The notes below the pieces were generated by a model. The model searched no databases. It was not told the DNA's origin and worked only from the letters and a program-made list of their open reading frames with translations. A DNA stretch of 64,000 nucleotides from Candidatus Dormiibacterota bacterium (lineage in GTDB: Bacteria; Chloroflexota; Dormibacteria; Aeolococcales; Aeolococcaceae), in contig OY970355.1 of NCBI GenBank assembly GCA_963718525.1, forward strand, positions 2,720,001 through 2,784,000. Reading direction: 5' to 3'. Positions 9,897 through 19,979 of the stretch are shown piece by piece (position 1 is the first letter of the stretch; each line of letters opens with the position of its first letter). The translations under genes were made by a program, and so were the position numbers.

Positions 9897-11174
9897 ATGG
9901 ATCCGCGCCGGAGCATCCCGCAGACGGACTCGCTGCTCGCCGACTCGCGACTGGTCGATGCGCAGCATCGTCTGGGCCGGCCTCGCGTTCGGGACGCCGT
10001 GCACGTCTCCCAGGAACGGGTTCGCGACGGCTCGCTGCCGCCGGAGCAGCTCATCGATGACGTGCTCCGAGGCCTTCCTGCCGGCGCCACGAGCCTCCGG
10101 CCTGTCATCAACGCGACCGGGACGGTGCTGCACACCAACCTCGGGCGGGCTCCTCTCTCGCAGGCTGCCCGACGCGCGTTGCATAGCGCTGCGGGCTACG
10201 TCGATGTCGAGTACGACCTCCTCGAGGGAGTTCGTGCTCCGCGAGGAAGGGGCACCCTGAGGGCACTCCGAGCGGCGCTGCCTGACGCGGGCGACGTCAT
10301 GGTCGTCAACAACGGCGCCGCGGCGCTGCTGCTCGCGATTACGGTGCTCGCGTCCGGACGCGAGGTCGTGTGGAGCCGCGGCGAGCTGGTCGAGATCGGC
10401 GATGGTTTTCGCCTTCCCGACCTCGCCACCTCCACCGGCGCAACCGTGCGTGAGGTGGGCACCACCAACCGCACGACCAAGGCCGATTACGTCGCTGCAA
10501 TCGGAGCCCGAACCGGATGCCTGCTCAAGGTCCACACCTCGAACTTCCGCATGACCGGGTTCACATCGTCGGTCGCGATTGGCGAACTTGTGGGTCTGGG
10601 TCCACCGCTGGTGGTGGACGTCGGGTCGGGCTTGCTGGCGCCCGACCGTCTCCTCCCTGACGAGCCTGACATCGCGGGTGCGCTGCGGTCCGGGGCCGAC
10701 GTGGTCACCGCAAGCGCCGACAAGCTGCTCGGCGGCCCGCAGGCCGGGATCATCGCCGGCAGGGCTGCCCTCATTGCCAGGTTTCGACGTCATCCCCTGG
10801 CGCGAGCGCTCAGGGTTGACAAGCTCACGCTCGCGGCCCTCGAGGCCACCCTGTCCGGCCCCGAGTCCCCAACATCCGTGGCCCTCCATGCAGACCCCGA
10901 AGCTCTGCGCCTCCGCGCCGTGGCGATCGCGAGACGTCTCGGCGACGAGGCCGGCGTCGTGCCGAGCGACGGCGCCGTCGGTGGCGGCAGCGGGCCCGGG
11001 GTGACCCTGCCGGGCTGGGCGGTGAGCCTGCCGGAGCGCTACGCCTCGCAACTGCGCCGCGGCGATCCCGCGGTGATCGCCCGGCTCGAGGGCGGTCGAT
11101 GCCTGCTCGATGTCAGATGCGTCCCCGCTGCTTCCGACGATCAGATGGTGGAGGCGGTGCTCGCGTGCAGGTGA
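9897..11174 (+). CDS. selA: L-seryl-tRNA(Sec) selenium transferase
   Basis: VINATGTVLHTNLGRAP, VNNGAAA, SRGELVEIG, EVGTTN and SADKLLGGPQAG; start placed after the tRNA. Confidence 0.95.
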   Translation: MDPRRSIPQTDSLLADSRLVDAQHRLGRPRVRDAVHVSQERVRDGSLPPEQLIDDVLRGLPAGATSLRPVINATGTVLHTNLGRAPLSQAARRALHSAAGYVDVEYDLLEGVRAPRGRGTLRALRAALPDAGDVMVVNNGAAALLLAITVLASGREVVWSRGELVEIGDGFRLPDLATSTGATVREVGTTNRTTKADYVAAIGARTGCLLKVHTSNFRMTGFTSSVAIGELVGLGPPLVVDVGSGLLAPDRLLPDEPDIAGALRSGADVVTASADKLLGGPQAGIIAGRAALIARFRRHPLARALRVDKLTLAALEATLSGPESPTSVALHADPEALRLRAVAIARRLGDEAGVVPSDGAVGGGSGPGVTLPGWAVSLPERYASQLRRGDPAVIARLEGGRCLLDVRCVPAASDDQMVEAVLACR

Positions 11175-12994
11175 TCGCGACGGCTGGTCACGTCGACCAC
11201 GGCAAGTCGACACTCGTGCGGGCGCTCACGGGGATGGAGCCGGATCGGTGGGCGGAGGAGCGGCGCAGGGGCATGACGATCGATCTCGGATACGCGTGGA
11301 CGGCGCTGCCCTCCGGGGAAGAGATCGCATTCGTCGATGTGCCGGGGCACGAGCGGTTCACGACCAACATGCTCGCGGGCGCCGGTCCGGTCCCTGCGGT
11401 CCTCCTCGTGATCGCGGCCGATGAGGGCTGGGCAGCGCAGACCGGCGAGCACGTCAGAGCCCTCGACGCCCTCGGAGTTCGCCATGGCGTCGTGGCCGTG
11501 ACTCGCATCGACCTCGCCGATCCCTCAGCGGCGATCGCACAGGCACAAGAGGGCCTCGCACGCACCTCCCTCGCCGGCATACCCGCGGTCGGCGTGTCGG
11601 GTCAGACTGGCGCCGGGCTGGACAGGCTTCGCATCGCGCTCGACGACCTGGTGCGCGGGCTCCCGGCGGCGGATCCTGAAGCGCGAGTCCGTCTCTGGGT
11701 GGACCGCTCGTTCACGGTCCGGGGCAGCGGCACTGTGGTCACCGGGACGCTTTCGGCAGGAACGCTCCGCCGGGGCGACGTCCTGGAGCTCGGCAACTCG
11801 ACCGTGACGGTCCGGGCTCTGCAGCGCCTGGGACAGCCTGCCGAAGTCGTCATCGCCCCGGCCAGGGTTGCCGTCAACCTCCGCGCCATCTCCGCCGGCG
11901 ATGTCCGACGCGGCGACGCGCTGCTGACTCCCGGCGCATGGTTGCGCACTGCGGTGGTGGATGCCCGTGTCGACGGCAGGGATTGGCCGGCGCACGGCGT
12001 CCTCCACGTCGGTGCGGCGGCGGTGCCTGCGAGGATCCGCCGGCTGGACACGGGCGGATCACCGGGCACGTCGTGGGATGCGTCGTCGCCCTCATCCAAC
12101 TCCTGCGTGGTACGGCTCATCCTCGACACTTCGCTACCGCTGCAGGTTGGCGACCGAGTGCTGCTCCGGGATCCGGGCCGCCGCCAGGTGGTCGGCGGGG
12201 CAACCATCCTCGACCCGCTCCCGCCGCCGCTCCACCGCCGAGGTGCGGCTCGGGCTCGCGCCGCGGCGCTGCGCGGCGATCGCGGGACGCCCGAGGTCGC
12301 CGTCGAGCTGGCGCGGCGCGGCGCGGCGAGTCGAGCGCTCCTGCAGCAGATCGGGGTTCCGGTGGGCGATCCTCTTCCGCACGGCGTGGTCGCGGCCGGG
12401 TCCTGGCTCGTCACCACGGCGCGCTGGGAGGAGTGGCAGCGGAACCTTCGCGCCGTCATCGAGCGTCAGCCGGCAGCCATCCTCGATGCGGGTGCGACCC
12501 ACGCCGATCTCGTGCGAGCCCTCAGGTTGGACGACCCGACGCTGTTGTCAGCCCTGGTGCGCGCGTGTCCGGAGCTGGTGGACGCCGGGGGCCGCGTCCG
12601 CAAGCGGGGGAGCGCGCCATCATTGCGGCCGGACATCGAGCAGGCGATCTCTCGTCTCGTCGCGGGACTCAACGCCGAGCCGTTCGCTGCACCCGAACAG
12701 CCGGGGCTTGTCGCCCTGGGGCTCGGTCATCGGGAACTCGGGGCGGCGGCCGCTGCGCGGTCGATCCTCCTCCTCCCCGGGGACATCGCCCTACTGCCAT
12801 CAGCGCCCATGCTCGCTGCCGCGCGCCTCCGCGGACTGGCGCAGCCATTCACACTGTCCGAGGCGCGCCAGGCGCTGGGGACGACCCGCCGCGTCGCCGT
12901 ACCACTCCTCGAGCACCTTGACCGCATCGGGGCGACTGAACGGGTGGACGGGGAGCGACGGAGGGTGCGGGCCATCGCTGCGGTTGGGGCTTAG
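11165..12994 (+). CDS. selB: selenocysteine-specific elongation factor
   Basis: TAGHVDHGKST, RGMTIDLG, DVPGHE and C-terminal wHTH TTRRVAVPLLEHLD. Confidence 0.93.
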   Translation: MQVIATAGHVDHGKSTLVRALTGMEPDRWAEERRRGMTIDLGYAWTALPSGEEIAFVDVPGHERFTTNMLAGAGPVPAVLLVIAADEGWAAQTGEHVRALDALGVRHGVVAVTRIDLADPSAAIAQAQEGLARTSLAGIPAVGVSGQTGAGLDRLRIALDDLVRGLPAADPEARVRLWVDRSFTVRGSGTVVTGTLSAGTLRRGDVLELGNSTVTVRALQRLGQPAEVVIAPARVAVNLRAISAGDVRRGDALLTPGAWLRTAVVDARVDGRDWPAHGVLHVGAAAVPARIRRLDTGGSPGTSWDASSPSSNSCVVRLILDTSLPLQVGDRVLLRDPGRRQVVGGATILDPLPPPLHRRGAARARAAALRGDRGTPEVAVELARRGAASRALLQQIGVPVGDPLPHGVVAAGSWLVTTARWEEWQRNLRAVIERQPAAILDAGATHADLVRALRLDDPTLLSALVRACPELVDAGGRVRKRGSAPSLRPDIEQAISRLVAGLNAEPFAAPEQPGLVALGLGHRELGAAAAARSILLLPGDIALLPSAPMLAAARLRGLAQPFTLSEARQALGTTRRVAVPLLEHLDRIGATERVDGERRRVRAIAAVGA

Positions 12995-14025
12995 GGCCGA
13001 CCGGCCCCGAGCGAGGAGTTCGCCTCAATGCGCCGCCGTTGCGGGACCACCGTGTATCGGGGATCGCGAGCGGATTCCTGCCCGGCCTCGAAGATCGCGA
13101 AACGAGCGCAGACGGATCCGGCGACGAGCGCGGCACCCGCAAGCGGCGCCACTACCCGGTGGCGGCCGAGGGCGAGCGTGCCCACGGCGCCGGCCGCGGT
13201 GAGGGCGCGGCTCGCGTCCATGAGCTGTTTCGCTCTTCCGAAGCGAAACGTTGCAGCGCTGAGTCCCATGCTCTGCGTCATGCGGACCTCCGTACCAAGG
13301 GCGAACGCCGCTCCCCCCACGGCCATCCGGCGTGCAGGCCCGGCCTGCGCGACGCTGGTGCCGAGCATCGCGAGCCCCCCGGCAGCTGCGGCGGCCGAGC
13401 CCACGAACACGAACGGAAGCTCGCGGCGGGCCTCATGCCATGCCGGGGTCGCCGTGTCGGACAGGAGGACTCCCGTGTACGACGCGAGAGCCGGAGCCAG
13501 CGCAGCGGCGAGCAACCCTGCGGGGCGGGCGGCGAGATCGAGCAGCCGCCCGACCACCGGGAGCGGGCGTGGCAGCATGCCGGCGAGTTCAGCGGTGCCG
13601 GCGAGCGCCGCCATCGGTCCGTACGCCGTCAGGATCCACGTCCCCACCGACATCGGCGACGTGGGTTTCGCGACCCGCAGCATGTTCACGAAACGCTCGG
13701 GTTTACCGAGATCGTGGACCAGCGCGGCGGCTCCGGCGGTCACGCTGAGCAGTGCGCCGAAGCGCGCGACCCGTCGCAGCTCCGGCAGGTCCTTGAGGTC
13801 GGCGCCCGCAGCGAGGAGCGAGGAGCCGGCCGCCATCCCACCCAGGAAGAGATATGCGGGAATGTTGCTTTGCCATGGAGACGGCTTGACGACCGGGCGC
13901 CCGTAGTACGAGGTGAAGCTGACGTCGGGAACCATGGGGCGTTCGCCGTCGCGTCCGCCACCTCCGCGGCGCCTGCGTCGTGGTGCGCCCGCAGTAGTTG
14001 CGGTGCCGGACGGTGCAGCGGTCAC
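12991..14025 (-). CDS. nrfD: NrfD/PsrC family membrane anchor subunit
   Basis: SYYGRPVVK, YLFLGG, DLGKPERF, SPMSVG and YTGVLLSDTATPAW; GTG start overlaps the upstream stop. Confidence 0.88.
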   Translation of the reverse strand: MTAAPSGTATTAGAPRRRRRGGGGRDGERPMVPDVSFTSYYGRPVVKPSPWQSNIPAYLFLGGMAAGSSLLAAGADLKDLPELRRVARFGALLSVTAGAAALVHDLGKPERFVNMLRVAKPTSPMSVGTWILTAYGPMAALAGTAELAGMLPRPLPVVGRLLDLAARPAGLLAAALAPALASYTGVLLSDTATPAWHEARRELPFVFVGSAAAAAGGLAMLGTSVAQAGPARRMAVGGAAFALGTEVRMTQSMGLSAATFRFGRAKQLMDASRALTAAGAVGTLALGRHRVVAPLAGAALVAGSVCARFAIFEAGQESARDPRYTVVPQRRRIEANSSLGAGRP

Positions 14026-14945
14026 GCGCGCGCCCGCACAAACGCCACCACTGCGCCGGCGAGCAGGGTTGCGCCCGCCATCGCGGCCGTTCGCCACATC
14101 GCCGGAAGGTCCCGGGTTGTCACCACCGGATCCGGAGGGAGGCCGTAGACCTCGGGTTCGTCGAGGAGCAGGAAGAAAGCCCCGGCTCCGCCGATACCGT
14201 CACTGGTGTCCTCCAGGTACAGCCTCGCGTCGGTGACACCCGCGGCGTGCAGCTCCTCGATACGGTGACCCGCGCGAACGCGCAGCTCATCGAGGTCGCC
14301 GTACTGGATCGACTGCGTCGGGCAGGCCTGTGCGCACGCCGGGGTCATGCCCTCGCCGAGGCGGTCGTAGCAGAGGGTGCATTTCTGCGCGATGCCGACG
14401 TTCCGCGTGCCTGCCGGCCCCTCGCGACGGTCGATGACGCCGAACGGACAGGCGGGAACACAGTATCCGCAGCCGTTGCAGATATCGTCCTGCACCACTA
14501 CGGCCCCGAACTCCGTTCGCGTCAGTGCACCGGTCGGGCAGACATCGAGACAGGCGGCGTAGGTGCAATGCTTGCAGACGTCCGACGACATCAGCCAGCG
14601 AATCCCAGTCGCTGCCATGGCAGCCATGTTCTGGCCAGATGTGGGGGCAACCATCGGGAGCGGCACGAATCCCGTCGTCCCCGTCGTGGCGATGGATCGT
14701 CGTGGCTGCTCGATGAATGCGACGTGACGCCACGTGCTGGCGCCGAGCCCCCCGGTATTGTCATAGGACATCCCCAGCATCTCGAGTCCATCCTCGGGGA
14801 CGCCGTTCCATTCCTTGCATGCGACCTCGCACGCCTTGCAGCCGATGCATATCGAGCTGTCGGTGAAGAATCCCTTGCGTGGAGGATGTTGCGTCCAGCC
14901 GGTATCGGATGCGGGGTCGAGCGCCGTGGACCAGCGCTGCATCAT
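14022..14945 (-). CDS. formate dehydrogenase iron-sulfur (beta) subunit
   Basis: CIGCKACEVAC, CKHC...CLDVCP, CNGCGYCVPACP and KCTLC...CAQACP; C-terminal TM helix. Confidence 0.9.
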   Translation of the reverse strand: MMQRWSTALDPASDTGWTQHPPRKGFFTDSSICIGCKACEVACKEWNGVPEDGLEMLGMSYDNTGGLGASTWRHVAFIEQPRRSIATTGTTGFVPLPMVAPTSGQNMAAMAATGIRWLMSSDVCKHCTYAACLDVCPTGALTRTEFGAVVVQDDICNGCGYCVPACPFGVIDRREGPAGTRNVGIAQKCTLCYDRLGEGMTPACAQACPTQSIQYGDLDELRVRAGHRIEELHAAGVTDARLYLEDTSDGIGGAGAFFLLLDEPEVYGLPPDPVVTTRDLPAMWRTAAMAGATLLAGAVVAFVRARA

Positions 14946-17900
14946 GCCGGCTCTTCAGGTGGCGTCAGTCGCGTGGTGCCTGTCTCGACGCGGATCCCGG
15001 CGCGCCGCCGGTACTCCTCGACGTAGCGGGGCAGCGCTGGACCGGTCGGCCGCCGGCCCGGTTGGATGTCGCACGACGCGGCTTTCAACTCCTGGATATG
15101 CACATTCGGATCCAGCGCCACTCCCATGACGTCGTTCGCCGAGTCGCCACTGACGATCGCTCCCCCACCGCCAACCCCCCAGTGATATGGAAGCCCCACC
15201 TGGTGGATCGTCCGTCCACCGACGACGAGGGGCGTGACACGGTCGGTCACCAGGACCCTCGCCTCGATGGCGGTCCGCGCTGTGACGATGGTGGCCCAGC
15301 CCAGATGCTCGAGCCTGCGCTCAGCAGCGAGTTCCGGCGAGACCTCGCAGAAGAATTCAGGCTGCAATTCGGCGAGGTACGGGGACCAGCGGCTCATCCC
15401 ACCCGCGGTGTGATGTTCGGTCAGCCTGTACGTCGTGACCACGTAGGGATAGACGCCGGAACCCGGCTCGGGTGGCGACGGGCTCGTGAGGTTCTCGTTG
15501 CGCGGGAACATCTCACGCGTCGGGTTCGCCTGCTGCGAGTGCATGGGGTTGCGAACCGGCGATTCGACCGGCTCGTAGTGCACGGGGAGCGGCCCATCGA
15601 GGAGTCCGCTCGGCGCATACAGCCAGCCCTTCCCATCCGCCTGCATGATGAATGGATCATCGCCGGCGAGCCCCTCAGGGCCGCCGACCCCCGGCTCCGG
15701 CCGGAACGACGGCGCTTTGTTGACGGGGAAATCGGGCACGTCGTGGCCCGTCCACCTTCCCGCGGTCGCATCCCACCACACATAGGCCTTGCGCTCGCTC
15801 CACGGATTGCCCTCGGGGTCGGCCGACGCGCGGTTGTAAAGGATGCGCCGGTTCGCCGGCCAGGCCCACGCCCACTCGGGCGCGACCCACGACTGTTGCG
15901 AGCCGGGCTTACGCCGCGCCGACTGATTGACTCCGTCGGCGTACACACCGGTGTAAATCCAGCATCCCCCTGACGTGGAACCGTCCGCCTGCATCTCGAC
16001 GAAGCTGCTGAGCATCTGCCCGGCTCTGTCGCCGCTGAGGTGGCGACCGTTGATCTCCTGCAGCACGGACTCGGCGTCGGGCTCATCGCCCTCCACCAGT
16101 GGGTAATCCCACGCAAGCCGCTGCACCGGAAGGTCGCGCTCGAGCCGTGACGTCGCGAGGCGTTCACGGAGCAGCCTGCCGAGGTGATAGAAGAAGTGCA
16201 GGTCGCTGCGGCACGCGCCGGGCGGCTCGACCGCCTTGTGATGCCACTGGAGCAGACGCTGCGTCTGCGTGAAGGTCCCATCCTTCTCCGTGTGCGCCGC
16301 GGCCGGCATGAAGAAGACCTCCGTGCCGATGTCTTCGGTGCGCATCTCGCCGGTGGCGATCTCCGGACCGTCCCTCCAGAATGTCGACGACTCGATGAGC
16401 GTGAGGTCCTTGACGACCAGCCATTTCAGGCGTGACATGGCAAGCCGCTGCATCTTGCCGTTCGATGATCCGACTGCGGGGTTCTGCCCGAGCAGAAAAT
16501 AGCCTTCAACCTTGCCCTCGAGCATGTCGACGATGGTCTGGTAGTTGCTGTGATCGTCGCTGATGCGGGGGAGCCAGCCGAAGCCGAAATCGTTGTCCGC
16601 CGTGGCGGCATCACCCCACCACGCTTTCAACAGGCTGACGGTGTACGTGTCCGCCGCCGTCCAGAAACCCTTCTGGCCGTCACTCTTGATGGACGCGAGG
16701 TACGCCTTCAGATCCCCATGCACGGCCGCCTTAGGCATCGGCAGATAGCCGGGCAGCAGGTCGAAGAGCGTGGGAATGTCGGTCGATCCCTGGATGCTCG
16801 CGTGACCGCGCAGCGCCAGGATGCCGCCTCCCGGACGGCCCATGTTGCCGAGCAGCAGCTGGATGATCGCCGCACCGCGGATGTACTGCACCCCGACTGA
16901 ATGCTGGGTCCAGCCGACCGAGTACACCCACGACGTCGTGCGCTCGCGACCGCTGTTCGCGGTGACCGCCTCGCACACCTTGGCGAACAGAGCGGGGGGG
17001 ACCCCGCAGATCCGCTCGACCATCTCGGGGGTGTAGCGCGCGTAATGACGCTTGAGGATCTGGAACACGCAGAACGGGTCCTGGAGCGTCTCGTCACGCC
17101 GGACCTCGCCATGGGGCAGCGCGGCGCCCCGTCCGCCGAACTCCTGGCCGCCGCCGCCCGCGTGCGCCGGTGGTTGCCGCCCGGGCACCGCGCGCGAGCC
17201 GGCCGCAGCAGCGGTCTCCATGCCTTCATAGGCCCAGCTGGTCGTGTCGTAGGTTCCCGTTGCAGGGTCGAACCCGGAGAAGACTCCGCCGAGCTCATCG
17301 GCGTCCTGGAAATCCTCGCTGATGATGGTGGCCGCATTGGTGTAGCTCAGCACGTACTCGCGGAAGTACAGCTCGTTGCTGAGGATGTAGTTGATGATTC
17401 CGCCAAGGAAGGCGATATCGCTGCCGGCGCGCACGGGTACGAACAGGTCCGCCACAGCCGACGTTCGGGTGAACCGGGGGTCGATGTGGATGATCGTTGC
17501 GCCGCGTGACTTGGCTTCCATGACCCACTGGAACCCGACCGGGTGACACTCGGCCATGTTCGAGCCCTGGATGACGATGCAGTCAGCGTTCTGCAGGTCC
17601 TGCTGGAAGGTCGTGGCTCCGCCACGTCCGAACGATGTCCCCAGACCGGGGACTGTGGAACTGTGTCAAATACGGGCCTGATTTTCGACCTGCACGACCC
17701 CCAACGACGAGAAGAGTTTCTTGATCAGGTAGTTCTCCTCGTTGTCCAGGGTGGCGCCGCCGAGGCTGGCGATTCCCAGCGTGCGGTGCAACGCGTTCCC
17801 GTCGCTGTCGACGTCCTCCCAGGTGCGTGCACGGGTGTCGAGGACGCGGTCGGCGATCATCTCCATCGCACGTTCCAGCGGCAGCTCTTCCCAGTCGGTG

Positions 17901-18235
17901 CCGTAGGGGCGCCGATACTTGACAGTTGTCACTCGGCCCGGATTGTTGACGAGCTGCTCGCTCGCCGACCCCTTCGGGCACAGGCGGCCGCGCGAGATCG
18001 GCGAGTCGGGATCCCCCTCGATCTGCACCACACGGTCGCCCTTGACGTAAACGCGCTGCCCGCAGCCGACAGCACAGTACGGGCAGACGCTCTTGACCAT
18101 GCGGTCGGCAGTTTTCGTCCGTGGCGTGAGCTCGTCAGTGCGGGCTGAGCGAACCGCGGTTCCGCGGCCGAGCCGGTCGGAAGTGGTGAGTTGACGCACG
18201 ACCGGCCATGAACTGAGTCGACTGCGGATGCTCAC
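14942..18235 (-). CDS. fdnG: selenocysteine-containing formate dehydrogenase alpha subunit (UGA=Sec at 17666-17668)
   Basis: The two ORF-track pieces are in frame across TGA, reading ENQARI-U-HSSTVPGL. Also CPYCAVGCG, LCPKG, LRGH and molybdopterin-binding TYRLTEH. Confidence 0.92.
17637..17653 (-). promoter_or_regulatory. bacterial SECIS hairpin
   Basis: GTCCCC-GGTCT-GGGGAC stem-loop 12 nt 3' of the in-frame UGA. Confidence 0.8.
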
Positions 18236-18273
18236 CGGAATACCTCCAAGCGTGCTATGACCGGCGAATCAGG

Positions 18274-19671
18274 ATGCCAAAAATGATAGTCGCCCTGACC
18301 GTCGCCGTCGCCGGCGCGGGACTTGCCGGGTTCGTCATCTCGCGTCCCCAGGCAACTCCGCGCGCAACGACACCGATTGGCAGCCCGGCCCTGGCTGCGG
18401 ACACGCTCGCCTCGACAATCGGCTACACGGCGGCCGCGAATCCCGGCAGCAAACAGGTGGTGGTATTCGGCGGCGACCTGACCCTCGCGCAGACGTGGCT
18501 GTGGAGCGGGAGCCGCTGGAAGCTTGCCCATCCGCGGACGAGCCCATCAGGACGCGAAGAGGCTGCGGCCGCGTACGACCCCGAACTCCACATGGTGCTG
18601 CTGTTCGGCGGCATCCAGCCTCCGGAGACCTTCCTGGGCGACACCTGGGGCTGGGACGGTTCCACGTGGCACCTCCTGGACTCAGGGTCGATCGGTCCGC
18701 CCCCCGGGCAGGCGTCGATGGCATGGGACCCGGCGCTGGACACGATGGTGCTGATGCCGGCATCGAGCTCCGGGGCCGATACCTGGACGTGGTCGAGGAC
18801 CCACTGGGTCGACCACCGCCAGCCGGACCCCTACCTGCCGCCGGGAGTGCTCGATCTTGCCTTCAACCCGGCGACGCAGGTGCTGATGGGCGTCGGCTTT
18901 GGATCAGTCGTCAGCGGTGGGTACGGGGCACCCACTGAGACGTGGACGTGGAACGGTGCCTCCTGGAGCCAGCTCTCGACACGCGTCGTGCCCTCAGCGT
19001 ATGGGATTCTCGGACTGGGATGGGATCCGATCAGCGCGAGACTACTGCTCTTCGGCGAAGGGCCGGCGACCCTGGTTCCGCTGCTGCGGTGGGAATGGAA
19101 TGGCACCGATTGGGTGCAGCTCCCCTCCCTCTCGAGCCCAAGCGTCATCGAGGGCCACGTCACCGGCGGTGAGACGTCGGCCCTGCTGCTCGTTGGGGAG
19201 TTGAGCGAGGCGACTGCCGCCACCCCAATTCGGGTGTGGTCGTGGGATGGGACGGCCTGGGGGCCAACGACCTCCACAACGGTGCCCCCGGTTGCCAGCG
19301 CGAGTCCACAGGCCACAGCCGGCCCCTGCGGGTACGTCGATTGTTCGACGCCACAGCGCGAAGGCGCTCCAGCGTCATGCGATGCATCCGCGTTCCACGC
19401 GCTCGTGACGAACGACATCGATGGATCGATCGAGATCGGCGGCAGCGCATGCGATGGCAACTACCTCGTCCTGAACCTGGGACACCGCATCTGCGCAACC
19501 ACGCTCGGCGCCCCGTGCCTCAATTCGCTCGGGCTGGCGTTCTTTGTCGCGCAGAGCGGTAGGTGGTCGCTGATCTCCTACGGCCGAACGCTCACGTGTG
19601 CCTCCGTCGCAGCAATGATGGAGCAACCGAAGCTCCCTGCGTCGCTCTGCACCCAAGCGTTGCAAGGCTGA
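18274..19671 (+). CDS. secreted Kelch-like beta-propeller protein with Cys-rich C-terminal domain
   Basis: N-terminal signal/TM segment; six xWxWxGxxW-type repeats; Thr/Pro linker; 8 Cys in the tail. Confidence 0.7.
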   Translation: MPKMIVALTVAVAGAGLAGFVISRPQATPRATTPIGSPALAADTLASTIGYTAAANPGSKQVVVFGGDLTLAQTWLWSGSRWKLAHPRTSPSGREEAAAAYDPELHMVLLFGGIQPPETFLGDTWGWDGSTWHLLDSGSIGPPPGQASMAWDPALDTMVLMPASSSGADTWTWSRTHWVDHRQPDPYLPPGVLDLAFNPATQVLMGVGFGSVVSGGYGAPTETWTWNGASWSQLSTRVVPSAYGILGLGWDPISARLLLFGEGPATLVPLLRWEWNGTDWVQLPSLSSPSVIEGHVTGGETSALLLVGELSEATAATPIRVWSWDGTAWGPTTSTTVPPVASASPQATAGPCGYVDCSTPQREGAPASCDASAFHALVTNDIDGSIEIGGSACDGNYLVLNLGHRICATTLGAPCLNSLGLAFFVAQSGRWSLISYGRTLTCASVAAMMEQPKLPASLCTQALQG

Positions 19672-19710
19672 GCTAGGATCGCTGGCTCAATCACCATGGA
19701 GGGAAGCACG

Positions 19711-19962
19711 ATGCCGCTGTACATGGACCATCACCACAAGGTCGACGGTCTCACCGCCGAGGCGGTGGCGGGTGCTCATCAACGGGACCTGGAGGTGCAG
19801 GGAAAACATGGCGTTGAATACTTGAAGTACTGGTTCGACGAAGGCTCGGGCGCTGTGTTCTGCCTGGTCAACGCACCCAGCAAAGAGGCGGCGACGGCGG
19901 TGCATCGCGAAGCTCACGGGCTCGTCGCCGACGACCTCACCGAGGTCCAGGAAGGCACTTGA
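19711..19962 (+). CDS. DUF4242 / SCO4226-like nickel-binding protein
   Basis: MPLYMDHH, AHQRDL, YWFDE, FCLVNAP and VHREAHG; GGAGGG RBS. Confidence 0.85.
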   Translation: MPLYMDHHHKVDGLTAEAVAGAHQRDLEVQGKHGVEYLKYWFDEGSGAVFCLVNAPSKEAATAVHREAHGLVADDLTEVQEGT

Positions 19963-19979
19963 TCCCACCCGGCTGAACG

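Noticed and set aside
17666-17668. Internal stop suggesting an FDH pseudogene or split gene
   Set aside because: The TGA is in frame at the catalytic Cys/Sec position, is followed by a SECIS hairpin, and sits next to a full sel gene set.
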